Below, in pieces: positions 1-12,409 of a stretch of 64,000 bases of DNA. The notes under the pieces are model-generated. The model ran no database searches and was not told where the DNA came from. It was given only the letters and a program-made list of their open reading frames with translations. A program made the position numbers and the translations under genes. The DNA is from Eledone cirrhosa. Taxonomy: Eukaryota. Each line of letters starts with the position of its first letter. The first letter of the stretch is position 1. The stretch spans positions 275,962,001 to 276,026,000 of the forward strand of contig OZ024741.1 in NCBI GenBank assembly GCA_964016885.1, given 5' to 3'.

Positions 1-494
1 TGGTGGTGATCGTATGTCATTGGCTAATTTTCAACCAATCAGAGTACCTCTCTCTATATCTCTTCCACTGTTACTTACGCCTGTTTCTCTCTATCTGTTC
101 CGTCTCTATATATATCTCTTACTCTTTCGCTTTGCACTCCTCCCCTTCAATACCATCTCTCCCCCTCTCTATATATTTGTTACTCTATCGCTGCACGCTC
201 CTCTCCTTCAATATATCAATTACACACGCTTTACACTCCTTTATCCCCAGCGCCCTATATATACACCCCCCCCTCTCCCGCATCTATATTTTAATGTACC
301 GTTGCACCGTGAATATATGTGTCTATATATATATACATATATATTGTATATACACATTCATGTATGTGTATACACACTCATGTATGTATATACACTGGTT
401 TTATGTGTGTATTGTAAATTTGTACTGTTAAAACACGAAACTAACATTCGATTGACACTTTGATTACCTGTACAGGCAATAGTTATTAGAATGC

Positions 495-534
495 TGTTGA
501 AGTGTGTATATATTTTTGGGGGACATCCTGTATA
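495..534. mobile_element. Tc1/mariner-type terminal inverted repeat remnant
   Basis: ...tttttgggggacatcctg|ta resembles a right-hand CAGGGTGTCCCCAAAA end followed by TA. Confidence 0.35.
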
Positions 535-639
535 TACACACATTATATATAATACAATAAACAGATAAATACACACATATATATATGAGCTTATTTAATT
601 ATAAATATTGTGAATTTTTAACTCAGTTCAATTATATAT

Positions 640-690
640 ATAAATGGTTTCTACAGGACTAGAACTGTTTCATTCGAAAGAAATCATCAT
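640..690 (-). mobile_element. Penelope-like pLTR fragment (ttctacaggactagaactgtttcattc family)
   Basis: Same motif at 34842, 36781 and 50765; adjacent to TA-rich sequence; partial hammerhead core. Confidence 0.65.
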
Positions 691-1314
691 AATATTGAGA
701 GGGGGGACTAGATAAAATATTTCAAATCAAATGTGTATAAGTTATAAGTTAAAATGTATAAATAGAGACGATAGTGGAGGTATATCTGTTTAGTGGAACA
801 GTAGACGATAGAATTAAATACAGACGAGAATCTCCCTTTAATGAAACAGCAGACGATAGAATTAAGGCAATTTAAATTTTAAGCATTTGCATTTTTGCCT
901 TTCATCGTTACGGGGTCGATAAAATAAAGTACCAGTAATACACTGTCACTAGACGACTTTCAAATTGAATTGTTGGTTCCATTTCTTTAGTATTTTCAAT
1001 TGTAGTTATCTACTTAAAAAGCGTTACACGGTTAGAGACATAATTCGTAAGTTATATCTTCCCTATTAAACCATTGCATTATTTCGCCTACAATAGAACA
1101 AAAATGAAATGTTCTTTAAAGAAACAGGAATATAACTTTATAAAAAAAAAAGTTGCATCCGCTTCTTTTATCATTGATAATTTTTTCGTTTTAATATTAA
1201 TTGTTTTTTGTAGTTGTTTATATTAAAAATCTTACTGTAATATTTACTTAAACGAAGGCAAACATCTAAACTTATAGATTAATCTTGAGCGAAGGACTAG
1301 ATAAATCTCTCTCC

Positions 1315-1345
<31 letters not shown>

Positions 1346-1739
1346 AACGAAGAATGATAAAATTTCAAGCAAAGAGTTTAATTAGGTATATTTTGTAATA
1401 TTATTAACTAATTATTATAATTAACGCGCATATTTTGCTATCCTCAAACACGTTTACACATGGCATGAAATATAACTAATCCGAGATGGCTAGGTTTCAT
1501 CTTCTAACTGGATATACGAAATCCATTATGTCTTGACAACAACATGAGGTAACATTATGTTATTCACAGACACACTTTGTACACTGTTCCATATCAGAAT
1601 GTATTTCCTTCGTCACATTCACAAACAGTATTGAAAATATGTTCTTCGGCAAATAAAAATGTTTTGTTCATAATATTTCAACTAGCGATTGCTCTACTCC
1701 ACGCACGACCACCATAAATTAATGACCAGCTCAACACAA

Positions 1740-1912
1740 GTATTGGTAGAGCGTCAGACACCATGCTTTGCAGTATTGTTATGGTCCTTTGCATTCTAAG
1801 TTCAAATCCTGCCGAGGTTAACTTCGACTTTCATACTTACTAATTCGATAAAATAAAGTACCAGTAATGGACTGCCGTAATGGATTTGTGCCGAAAAATA
1901 GAAACACTATTA
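1740..1912 (+). mobile_element. tRNA-derived SINE, Nin/Deu-like family (gcctttcatcct...gtcgataaaataaagtaccag)
   Basis: B-box gttcaaatcc plus conserved body; copies at ~890-945, 14160-14350, 25975-26075, 32957-33135, 37680-38035 and 41185-41553. Confidence 0.8.
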
Positions 1913-2462
1913 ATGTGCAATAAGAGCAAAATATAACGACATTGCTCAATTATTTTATCTAATGTTGTAATAACACAAGGAAATGTTGTTTGTGTATTTT
2001 TTTTTATATTTGCTCATAGGCTTTTACAATTTCGCTCAGCCAACAACTATTAAAAAGTGAGTTGCTTAAGATAACAATTTAATCACAAATTGTTGCTATC
2101 TTTTAATACACTCCAACAAGTCATCAAATTATGTACAATAAAAACAAATCTTATTAATTTGCTCAGGGAATATAAAGAAAATGTATATACACTGATAATT
2201 GCAATTGTATGTAAATATTTTGTTTTTGTATTGTATATTTTATGTTTTCTATTATGTATAATATATTGATTTAATATTGATTGTTTTTTGTAGTTGTTTA
2301 TATTAAAAGTCTGAAAATATTTTTATACATCTTACACTAATATTTATAAGATAATTTATAATAACAATTACATAATCTAATTACATTACAACGATAATTT
2401 ATTATTAATATATATCCTGTTTAACTAGAGTTATTACAAGCGTTGCCTTAAAAAAATATTAA

Positions 2463-3419
2463 ACTAGACATGAAAAATGCGCAAGCTCAAAAGTGCCACA
2501 GAATGTTATAATAAACCTTCAAAAGTGTGGGACTAGAGTTGTTGCTAAAAAATATTGTAATCATTATATATCGTACATTCTGTGGCATCCTTTATAAAAA
2601 TAGCTTAAACCAACGAAGCCTTTATTTTTACGCTATTTCACTTAGTTAATTCTTAGAGTGTAACATATAAAAATAAATACATCTATGTTTAATGTAATAA
2701 CAGCTATAAATAATTACGTAATATTATTATCATATACTCATAGTAACAAAATAATTGTGTTGAAACTTAATATGATGCTTATATGAACGATCAAATCTAT
2801 AATGATAATTTCTTAAATATACTAATAGTAAAATAATTTAGTTATCTATTGTTACATTTTCATAGAACTATAATATTAACAATCGTATTGCATTATCAAA
2901 TTTTTATCACTACAAACTTTCATATTGGAATTACCTTAAGCCACTTATTATTACTTCGCTTTCGTACTTTTACAGCTGTAGATATTGCGCTGTATCTTAT
3001 ATCTAATATCAATATCTCGTGGTAATTTGCATGAAGTGTAAAATAGGTTTATTAATAACTTTAATATGAAATGTATTATACAGGGCTGCGGAGTCGGCCA
3101 AAAATTGACTGGCTCCAACTCAGGATCCGATACTCCATTATTTCCTAAATTTCAGCTCCGCAGCTCTGTTATTATATTAATTAATTTATTTTATAGTTGT
3201 AAATGATATTTTTATATGTTACACTCTAAGAATTAACTAAGTGAAATAGCGTAAAAATAAAGGCTTCGTTGGTTTAAGCTATTTTTATAAAGGATGCCAC
3301 AGAATGTACGATATATAATGATTACAATATTTTTTAGCAACAACTCTATTCCCACACTTTTGAAGGTTTATTATAACATTCTGTGGCACTTTTGAGCTTG
3401 CGCATTTTTCATGTCTAGT
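2463..3419. mobile_element. Unclassified non-autonomous element with ~212-bp near-perfect terminal inverted repeats
   Basis: 2463-2675 is the reverse complement of ~3207-3419 (one mismatch seen); AT-rich non-coding interior; ACTAG...CTAGT termini. Confidence 0.8.
3081..3168. mobile_element. hAT-type mini-MITE (88 bp)
   Basis: TIRs cagggctgcggag / ctccgcagctctg; 8-bp TSD gtattata/ttattata. Confidence 0.8.
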
Positions 3420-3559
3420 ATATATATGTATATGTGTGTGTATGTGTATGTGTATATGTATGTGTATATGTGTATATATTTACATATATATGTATATATG
3501 TGTGTATACCCCCAATCCACTACCCCTACCCTATCCTCCCACTCCCACCAACACCACCC

Positions 3560-3878
3560 TCTCTCTGTAAAGTTTGTACCACAATATTCAGTCCAAATAA
3601 ATGAGATAATGAGTTCGAGATCGTGTAGGTGTCACAACAAAAAAAACACACAGTCCACGCTGTAATGTGGCCGTGTAGGTAACACGGTAAAAAGTTCCCA
3701 TTCCACACTGTAAATGTGGTTGGTGTTAGGAAGGGCATCCAGTCGTAGAAAACCTGCCAGATAGTCCTATATGAGCGAGACACGGTCACCCGACCAACCT
3801 TGCCTCAAGTGGGACAACTCCCATCTAACCCATGCTAGCATGGAAGATGGACGTTAAAGAAAGATAATGATGATGATG
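3560..3878 (+). mobile_element. RTE LINE 3' UTR fragment with (GAT)n tail
   Basis: Similar to the reverse complement of 55199-55600. Confidence 0.75.
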
Positions 3879-4034
3879 TCATCAACTAAATGGAGACAGG
3901 GGAATAAAAAAAAAAACAACACAAAACATTGAATTTGTGAAAATTTCCTTTTCTTTAGTCTTTATTTTTGATTTTAATATATAAAAATAAAAGTGTTCAA
4001 GAAGTGTAGCAAGAAGCCAATATATATATATATT

Positions 4035-4268
4035 TCTATATATATGACAGAACTCACAAAAAGAAGATGGCATATGACAGAACAAAGGAGAGACACAAAA
4101 TAACAAATTAGTCACTGATGATGTCCCAGAATATGTGATGAAAGAGTTTTGGCAACAAATAAACAACCATCCGGTTTTATTAACCAACCAAATGGAAATT
4201 TGTAATAAATTGAAATGAAAACGAAGAGGTGCTTGTGTTTTCATTGGTAGCATGACCCTCCCAAAGTA
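4035..4268 (+). mobile_element. Penelope-like pLTR fragment with degenerate hammerhead
   Basis: Homologous to 30170-30375 (gtcactgatga...gaaag; catgaccctcccaaagtat). Confidence 0.7.
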
Positions 4269-5492
4269 TCATCATCATCGTTTAACGTCCATGTTCCACG
4301 CTTGCATGGGTTTGGACGGGAGTTTTCCCACTTGAGGCAAGAGTGGTTGTCTTGCTCGCATAGGACTGTCTGGCGGGTTTTCTACAGCTGGATGCCCTTC
4401 CTAACACCAACCACATTTACAGTGTGGGACTGGGAGGTTTTTACCGTGTTGCCTACACGGCCACATTACAGCGTGGACTGTGTGTTTTTTTGTCGTGACA
4501 CCTACACGATCTCATTTGTTTCGGCCTGGATGTTGTGGCACCAACATAACTTTACAAAATACACCCCCATCCCACCACGGGGGTGGTGGGATGGGGGTGT
4601 ATTTTGTTAGAGATGCCTAGTAGGTTTTACTTTGTATTTAGGTAAGGCGGGTCTTCTCTATTACTGAGTACCGCCAAAGATCTCGGTCCAGTGACATTGT
4701 CTTGGAGAGGTGTAAGTGTGTGAGGTCGGAATTTATCAGGTCGTCCCAGGTTTTTCTGGGTCTGCCTACTCCGTGGCTACCGTCTATCTTTATTGCCCTG
4801 CACTTTTTTATACAGCTGTCGTCTTTCATGCGCATCACGTGACCATACCAACGTAGCCTTCTCTCGAGTAAACAACATCTGATCCCTCTTATTTCTAATT
4901 TTTCCCTTAGTTCGTTTATGCTTTGCCGTTCGCGTATATTACTATTACACATCCAGCGGAGCATGCAAACTTCGTTCCTCTCTAGTCTGCGTATATCCTC
5001 TGCACACAATGCCCAGGTCTCACTGCCATGCAACATTGCTGTTCGTATGCAGGCATCATACAGCCTGCCTTTCATTTTTAGGGAGAACCCTTTAGCGGCT
5101 AATAGTGGTATAAGCTCTCTGAACTTTTTCCATCCAGTTCTGACTCTGGCTACTGTACTTTCAGAGCACTCTCCACCACTGCTGATTTTGTCACCCAGGT
5201 AACGGAAGCTGTCCACTATTTCTATAGAACCCTCTGCGCAATTGAAAGAGCTAGTATTCTGTGGGCACTTGCTGCTACTTATTGCACCTGAGCACCGGCC
5301 ACATGTAAAATCTGTGTTCTTAGTTAGCTTACCTGTGATCCCACTACATCTTTTATGCACCCATTTTTTGCATTTGGGACATAAAATGGAGTTTCTACCT
5401 ATGCCTTTCCTACACACTGAGCATGGCCATTTCCCGGAAGGGACCGGCGCCTTATTTTCTTTCCTACAAACTAGAACTTTAGTCTTAGCAAA
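4268..5492 (-). mobile_element. 5'-truncated RTE LINE, same family as 55199-59901
   Basis: ORF 4638-~5492 is nearly identical to the C-terminus of the 1006-aa ORF; 3' UTR and (GAT)n tail present. Confidence 0.93.
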
Positions 5493-5529
5493 GTATAACA
5501 ATATATATATATATCTCCACCCCAACTAT

Positions 5530-6095
5530 GAGTATACAATATTTTTTGTTTGGCCCTCTGGAACAAAGATGAAGAGATTGTTTGGTGAGCTAACCCTAGT
5601 GTTTCCTACATACAATTGACCATGGGAGAATCACTGATTTCGTAGCTCGTCTCGCAGAGAAGCTCTGTAGACGTTGACCTCTGGACACTCCTGTCAGGAG
5701 CAGGTAAGCTGTAGTGACTTAGAGGCCTACCACCAATCTTCAGGACACTGTTTTCAAGACAAATGAGCGCCTCATTGAAAACGACATCGTATGTTATGTT
5801 CGGATTGTGTATGCATGTGCGTTGGAGGAGGTCCTCAGCTAGGCTTTCACGGTGGTTGTTCCACATTATGAGAGGGTCGGTGAGATCGCAGTTGTGCAGC
5901 ATAATAGCAAAAAGTTTTCGCAGCTGAGAAGGGACTTTAGCAGTTGCTGCTTCTTGCAGGGTGAGGTGCCAATGGCTGTCATCGTGTAACATACCACGCA
6001 TCTTGCAAACCAAACGGTAAGTGGAACATTGATGGCCATTGATGGTTCTCAGATCTTGGAAAGACTGTGGTCCTCTAACCTTGAACAGTAACAAT
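5530..6095 (-). mobile_element. Helitron RepHel fragment (Rep-to-helicase linker)
   Basis: LLLFKVRGPQSFQDLRTING...GMLHDDSHW...PSQLRKLFAIML...SLAEDL is the typical Helitron motif set. Confidence 0.9.
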
Positions 6096-6582
6096 GACGA
6101 TAAGCCATCTGTACTTTCGTGAAATAAAAAGTTTTTGTTTTTGTGTAGGCAAAAATATCTGTACACGAATATATATATTAAAATAACAGATTAAAGTTTA
6201 AGCAAAGAATCGCTGCTTTCACCCTTAACGGGATCTTCTGAAAATAAAAAAATCAGTCTGTGAATGCAGAAGTAAATATTTCGAAAAACGTTATATAATG
6301 CAGACAGCCAGACATACAGACTAAGAAAAGGAGGGGATATGTTGTGCAACGTCATAAGAAAAAGTCAGGAATGCCGTATAACAGGAAGTGTTGACATTTT
6401 AAATTTTAAAGAAGTGAATATTTAAATAATGTCTTTAATCTTTTAACAAAATTCAGTAGACAAAAATACCCTCACTTTTTTACTTGGAAAAAGTAACATC
6501 TATGGTGCAAATTTGGTGCTGTTTGGTCCAGTCGTTTGGCGGAAAGTTTCTTACCTACATACGGCCGTCAGCTTTATAGTAT

Positions 6583-6621
<39 letters not shown>

Positions 6622-6625
<4 letters not shown>

Positions 6626-6806
6626 AAAAGAGTCAGAACCCCAACAGCAGAGCTCAAGCTGTTTCGACAGCTATTTCTGTCGGAAATAGCTTAAGCTCTG
6701 CCGTTGGGGTTCTGACTCTTCTCCTATTACCCACTCTACTACCCAAAGTATCGAGTACTCTGGTGCATTATGGTCCACCTGGTTCCTTACCAGACTTCCT
6801 TCATTA
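6622..6806. mobile_element. Mini fold-back pLTR insert with tail, relative of the PLE at 52355-54800
   Basis: Inverted arms ~6622-6660 / ~6688-6726; tail ttacccactctactaccc...ggtccacctggttccttacca is shared with 54721-54800; flanked by (TA)n. Confidence 0.85.
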
Positions 6807-6838
6807 TATATACATATATAAATATATATAAGTATATG

Positions 6839-7188
6839 TAGGCACATGGCTTAGTGGTTAGAGCATTGGCCTTGCAATCGAAAGGTTGTGAGTTCAATTC
6901 TCAGATCGGGTGATGTGTTGTTTCCTTTAGCAAGACACTTTATTTCACATTGCTCCAGTTTACTCAGCTGTAGAAATGAGATGATAGGGACTGGGGTCCA
7001 AATCATTCCACTGCAAAGTGGTCGTGGAGGTGCCACGGCAAAAAAAGCACCCAGCACTCACTGTAAATGAGGTTGGTGTTAGGAAGGGCATCCAGCTGTA
7101 GAAATTAAGCCAGAATCAGTTCCCGTCCCACCCTTGCAAGCAGTGAAAAGTGGACGTAAAATGAAATGATGATGATGAAATGATGATA
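6839..7188 (+). mobile_element. Full-length tRNA-derived SINE with CORE-like segment and RTE-derived 3' tail
   Basis: A box tggcttagtgg, B box gttcaattc; tail ccgtcccacccttgcaagc...gtaaaatga shared with the RTEs at 28510 and 60930. Other copies at 27820-28155, 48687-48905 and 50572-50690. Confidence 0.85.
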
Positions 7189-7189
7189 A

Positions 7190-7720
7190 GTATGGTATCA
7201 GGAAAAACAGGAAGAAGTGGTCAGAAGGAGAAATTTATTGAGTGTTCAATCTTTGACATATGTTTCTATACAATTACATAACCATCTACATGCACTGACT
7301 TCATAATCCAATGCTCATTTGTATGGATTACATTTTAATTATTAGGTGAGGGTACCGCAGTAAGTAATGCTTATTGCAGAAAGGCAGCACCGTCACCTCG
7401 GAGTATTTTCTCTTCGTCCCTGTTAACATTCTGATGAAGTGCAATAATTAAAACGTAATCCATATAGATGAGCATTATGCAGTCAGTGCATGTAGACAGT
7501 TATGCAATTGTATAGAAACATATGTTAAAGATTGAACGCTCATTAAATTTCTCCTTCTGACCACTTCTTTCTGTTTTCCTGGTACTGTATTTATATTCAT
7601 AAATACTCCGCGATTTTCGACTTGGAAATTGGATACCAATGCTATACACAAGGAACACGTCGAGAAAAAATATTTGGTAAGCAGTCCTCCATATTTATTT
7701 TGTTTGTTCATTCATCACAA
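7190..7720. mobile_element. Older fold-back insert with one-sided tail
   Basis: 7190-7343 is the diverged reverse complement of 7443-7590; ctgatga at 7431. Confidence 0.7.
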
Positions 7721-8074
7721 ACATACTTGATCTACACAAACAAAACTTAATTTATCCTCTCATATATATGTATAATTATATATGTATGTTGACTGCTGGC
7801 CTTCCACAAACACACCTTGCTCAGGCTGTACATCAGGGTGGGGGTGGGGGGCATTCCAGGAGCAAAACCATGGCCAATGGGAGCCTACTATATATATGTG
7901 CATCATCATCACCACTATCATCATCATCATTGTTTGACAGATATTAAATGATGATGCACATATTTATAAACATCCACCTGCTAAAGTTAGATAATATATA
8001 TATATAGGTATATATTGTATATTGTATATAGAAACACACACACGCATATATATACACACATATACATACATAGA

Positions 8075-9070
8075 TTATGTTTTCTTCAAAAATATTTATC
8101 TGGATTCAAGCTTCTGTGTCAAAGTTACAAATAGCACCATGAGTTTCTTCTAAATCCACACATGTGTGAGACAGGGCTGCAATCAGTCCCCTATGCTTTT
8201 CTCACTGGCCATTGACTTTGTCATAAGGAAATCAATGGAAATTCATGCTCAGACTCAAAACTTTGCGATCCAATAGACTGATTCTAAGAAACTAACAGAT
8301 TTGGATATCACCAATGATTTGGCATTATTGGGGAATAACAATGACAACACAGTTAGAAGAATCTGCAGCAAAAGTTGAACTCAGAATTAACAGAGAAAAG
8401 ATCAAAGTGATGCAAGTTGGCAAGAAAATTGGCGAGAAAGTGCACATTGTAACAGAGGTAATAGAAGAGGTCAACCAATTCACCGATTTGGGATGCATAA
8501 TCTCCAATGAAGGCCTCACTGAGCTTGATGTAAGCTGCAGAATTGGAAAGATAGCAGGAGCATTTCAAGCACATGAGAAACATTTGGTCATTGCAAATAA
8601 TCTCCATGTCCACCAAAGTGCAGCTCTTCAACAGTATTATAATTGCAACTGCTAGATATGCTAGTGAAACCTGGAAAATAACTGCCAAAATTCTAAAGAA
8701 GCTCAATGTTTTCCAACTAAGATGTCTAGGAAAAATCCTGAAATTAACTTATTGAGACTGGTTTACTAATATAGAGGTGCTGAAGAAAAGCAATCAAAGG
8801 CTACTGATTGACACCGTTGTTGAAAGGCGCCTGAAACAGGCTGGACACATTCTGCTCATGTCTGCACATGGCAATGAAACGGATTCCAGTCGGTGGTAAG
8901 CAGAAAAAAAGGGAGACCCAAGAAAACCTGGCACTCAACTTTCAAAGAAGATTATCAGAAGATTGGACTGGGAAACTATGCAAGATGTGGCAGCTGATCA
9001 TGTAAATTAGAGACAGCTCATTGCCCAACATGCCCCAGGGTATAGGAGGACCTAAGATTAAGACTAAGAC
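8075..9070 (+). pseudogene. Degenerate RTE (BovB/Expander-like) RT fragment
   Basis: VRQGC..SP, INREKIKVM, F.DLG.IIS and YASETW motifs with frameshifts; (TAAGAC)-like tail. Confidence 0.8.
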
Positions 9071-9105
9071 ATAATATATACGTATATAAAAATACATATA
9101 TAAAT

Positions 9106-9140
<35 letters not shown>

Positions 9141-9752
9141 GAGAGAGAGAGAAAGAGAGAGAGAAAAGGGGGAATTGGAAATAACACAGAAAATATATTT
9201 AAGGATGTTTTTCTTTTTTTCTTCTTTGTTTCATCAAAGTGTCATTATTGAAAAAATGAGAGGAACAATTCTTTAAAAAAAAAAGGAGTTTTATAATGTA
9301 TATAAAATATATAAAATATAACCAGTTTCAATGTATCAGTGTGAACCATCTTATTAAATGTTGAATATTACAATTAAAAAGAATTAAAAAGAATAAAAAA
9401 ATTTTTAATTTTAAATTAAGTGTTGAAAAGGTCTGTTCCTCTTTCTTGTTGTGAAGACTGGGTCTAAAATGTAGCCTTATATATAGAGAGAGAGGTAGTC
9501 ATAGTAGTAGAAGTAGTGTTGGTAGTTGTGTTTTTTCATAGAACAAAATTATTTTTAGGAATAGTCTCAATTGTGTTAAAGGATTGGTCAAAAGTTCAGA
9601 TGAGGGTGGCGAAGGGGGGAGATATAGACTAGAGACAATTGCTATAGAGGAGAGAGGTGAATGAGAGAGGCAAATGGGATTGTCAAAAGAAATTATACTT
9701 TAGGAAAATGGTTTTAGAGAGTATGAGTGTGTATGTGTGAGTGTGTATATAA

Positions 9753-9794
<42 letters not shown>

Positions 9795-10049
9795 CTTATG
9801 TGTGAAGGGATGAAAACTAAGAGAAATATTTTTGGGGACATATGTAAATACATATATATATATATTTGTTTTTGTAGTGTGGTGTGTGTGTGTGCATGTT
9901 AGTGCTTTAGTTTGTTTGTCACAGGTCTTTTTGTGATGGGAAATTTAAAAAAAAACAGAGCAAAGCCTCAGGAATTTTTTGAAAATATGTGTATGAACAA
10001 TTTCTTTTTTATTTCATGGTGTGTGTGTAAGAGAGAGAAAGAGAATCTA

Positions 10050-10930
10050 ATGGGGGTGATTACATATTTAATCTTGGTTTAAATCTGTTAATAAATAATT
10101 TTTATTTATTTATTCTTTGTTATTGTGCGAAAGAATCTGAGTACTTATAAAGAGGGAAGATTTTAAAGTTGGGTAGGGTCATTCCTGCACAATCTGCAAT
10201 GTGGCTACTGAAGGAGATTTTTCTTGTGTTTACGTCTCTGATTAGTTGGCGATGGATGGTCATTCTTTTGTGTGATGACATACCCATCTGTCCTATGTAG
10301 TTATATCGACAACCACTGCATGTGATTACGTAGATCAGGTTCTCTGAGTTGCAAGTGAAGTTGTTTTTCACTGTAAAAGTTTGGCCATCTTTAAATGTGA
10401 ATTTTTGTCCTTCATTAAGTATAGGCATGTGCCACAGTTTGTTCTTCTGCATCTTGTTACCGTAAGGATGGAGATTGGTTTGTGTATATTTGTTCCAGTG
10501 AGAATGTGTTTTAGTGATTTGGGTTGCTTTATACTTTTAATGATCTTGTGTGTTTCTAGGATTCTTTTCATTTTTTCATCTTTAAATAGAATGGGGAGGT
10601 TTTTGTGTAGGTAGCCGAACATTTTGGTGTTTCTGGTGTTGAACGCGGATACATAAGGTAGGGTATTGTTTGTGTTTCTGTGCTTTGGGTTGTTGGGTTG
10701 ATGAAAATTTGCGTGTTTTACTCTGTCTATTCTGTTATTAATTATGTCAAGTGGGAAGGCTCTTAAGATAAGTGTCTTTTAGTTCATTTACTCTTTGTTC
10801 CAATTTAGTTGGGTCTGATACTATGGTGCATATACATTTGGCTAAGTTAAAAGGAATGTTAAGTTTTTGTATGTTTTTGGGGACTTGATGTGAAGAGGAA
10901 TCCGTGGGTTTATAAAAGATGTCCATTTCT
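10050..10930 (-). mobile_element. Degenerate Penelope-like fragment (thumb and GIY-YIG)
   Basis: FTCNSENLIYVITCSGC..NYIGQ; homologous to 50250-50575. Confidence 0.85.
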
Positions 10931-10987
10931 ATTTATATATATACATATATACATATATGTATATATATATATGTGTGTGTGTGTATG

Positions 10988-11020
<33 letters not shown>

Positions 11021-11048
11021 ATGTATATATATATATATATATATTTAT

Positions 11049-12084
11049 AGGTAAAAAGAAAAGAAAAGGCTGGCAAATTATTCCCAGTGAAAAATAGTTT
11101 AATTAGGAATAAGTAAAAATTAGTAATAAGTATTGATTAGTATTCAGTTTTAGTTTTAAGTTTTTACCGGTTACGCATTTCTAATGCTTTTCAAAAATAA
11201 TTTTGAGATAGAGCGCCCGTGATGTTTGCTCTAATCTGATTAGCTTTGGAAATTCTACCTGTTTTATGTGAAAAAAGTAGCTCCAGAGGTATTAAAATAA
11301 GTTTCGCGCCAATTCGTGTTGCAAAAATTCTTGTGGTCAAAACAATTTTGATTGGTCGGTAGAGGTCACGTGAATGTTAAAAATTGATTTTGCGCCAAAT
11401 GTAGGTTTGTCGAAGAGTGTCCTTTTTCACCTGATTGAGAAGTCAGTGAAAAATAAGTCTTTTAAGACAAATATGTGTGTGGTAAAAATGGTGTACATTA
11501 TTCGATATTTTCAGCAAAAACGATGCTCTCAAGAGAACATCAAAAACATTAATAATAAAAGGTGTGAAATGATATATAGTATTGTCATAACACCAAGGTG
11601 TGTGTGAGTGTCCACACACACACACACATATTTGTCTTAAAAGACTTATTTTTCAGTGACTTCTCAATCAGGTGAAAAAGGACACTCTTCGACAACACTA
11701 CATTTGGCGCCAAATCAATTTTTAACATTCACGTGACCTCTACCGACCAATCAAAATTGTTTTGACCACAAGAATTTTTGCAACACGAATTGGCGCGAAA
11801 CTTATTTTAATACCTCTGGAGCCACTTTTTTCACATAAAACAGGTAGAATTTCCAAAGCTAATCAGATTAGAGCAAACATCACGGGCGCTCTATCTCAAA
11901 ATTATTTTTGAAAAGCATTAGAAATGCGTAACCGGTAAAAACTTAAAACTAAAACTGAATACTAGCCAATACATATTACTAATTTATACTTATTCCTAAT
12001 TAAACTATTTTTCACTGGGAACAATTTGTCAGCATTTTCTTTTCCTTTTACCAATATATCACAACTCGTGTGTTACACCTCTAT

Positions 12085-12090
<6 letters not shown>
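11049..12090. mobile_element. Non-coding fold-back insert, ~430-bp arms plus ~38-nt tail
   Basis: 11049-11481 is the reverse complement of ~11620-12052; tail 12053-12090; (TA)n on both sides; solo partial copy at 21618-21803. Confidence 0.9.
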
Positions 12091-12125
<35 letters not shown>

Positions 12126-12219
12126 CATCAACTAATCATACCACTGAACAATCAAATGTGAAAATAAAACCGACCAATCAAAAGCCATGCTTCAAGACAA
12201 ACCAATCATAAAGCAGGTA

Positions 12220-12339
12220 TTAACGTTTTTCTGGAATGTATTTAAGAGGTGTACAGGAGTTGGAGTTGTTGGACGTGGCCAGAAGAAGCAACGGTTCCTT
12301 CTGGTAGTAAGTAATCAGTTCTGGGACCGTATTAAATTC
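12220..12339 (-). CDS. SH2 domain exon 3, terminal coding exon (EFNTVPELITYYQKEPLLLLATSNNSNSCTPLKYIPEKR*)
   Basis: Acceptor ttaatccacag; 120 nt to TAA; F-x-T-V-x-E-L-I-x-Y-Y helix and PLLL...LKY tail resemble the BLNK/SLP-76 C-terminus. Confidence 0.92.
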   Translation of the reverse strand, partial: EFNTVPELITYYQKEPLLLLATSNNSNSCTPLKYIPEKR

Positions 12340-12409
12340 CTGTGGATTAAAGAGTTACAGTGAGATACGAGTTATAAATATAATCTATGGATTACATGAG
12401 AAAACAGTT

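Noticed and set aside
6841-6910. tRNA gene
   Set aside because: A and B boxes belong to a SINE head that continues into SINE body; no full cloverleaf.
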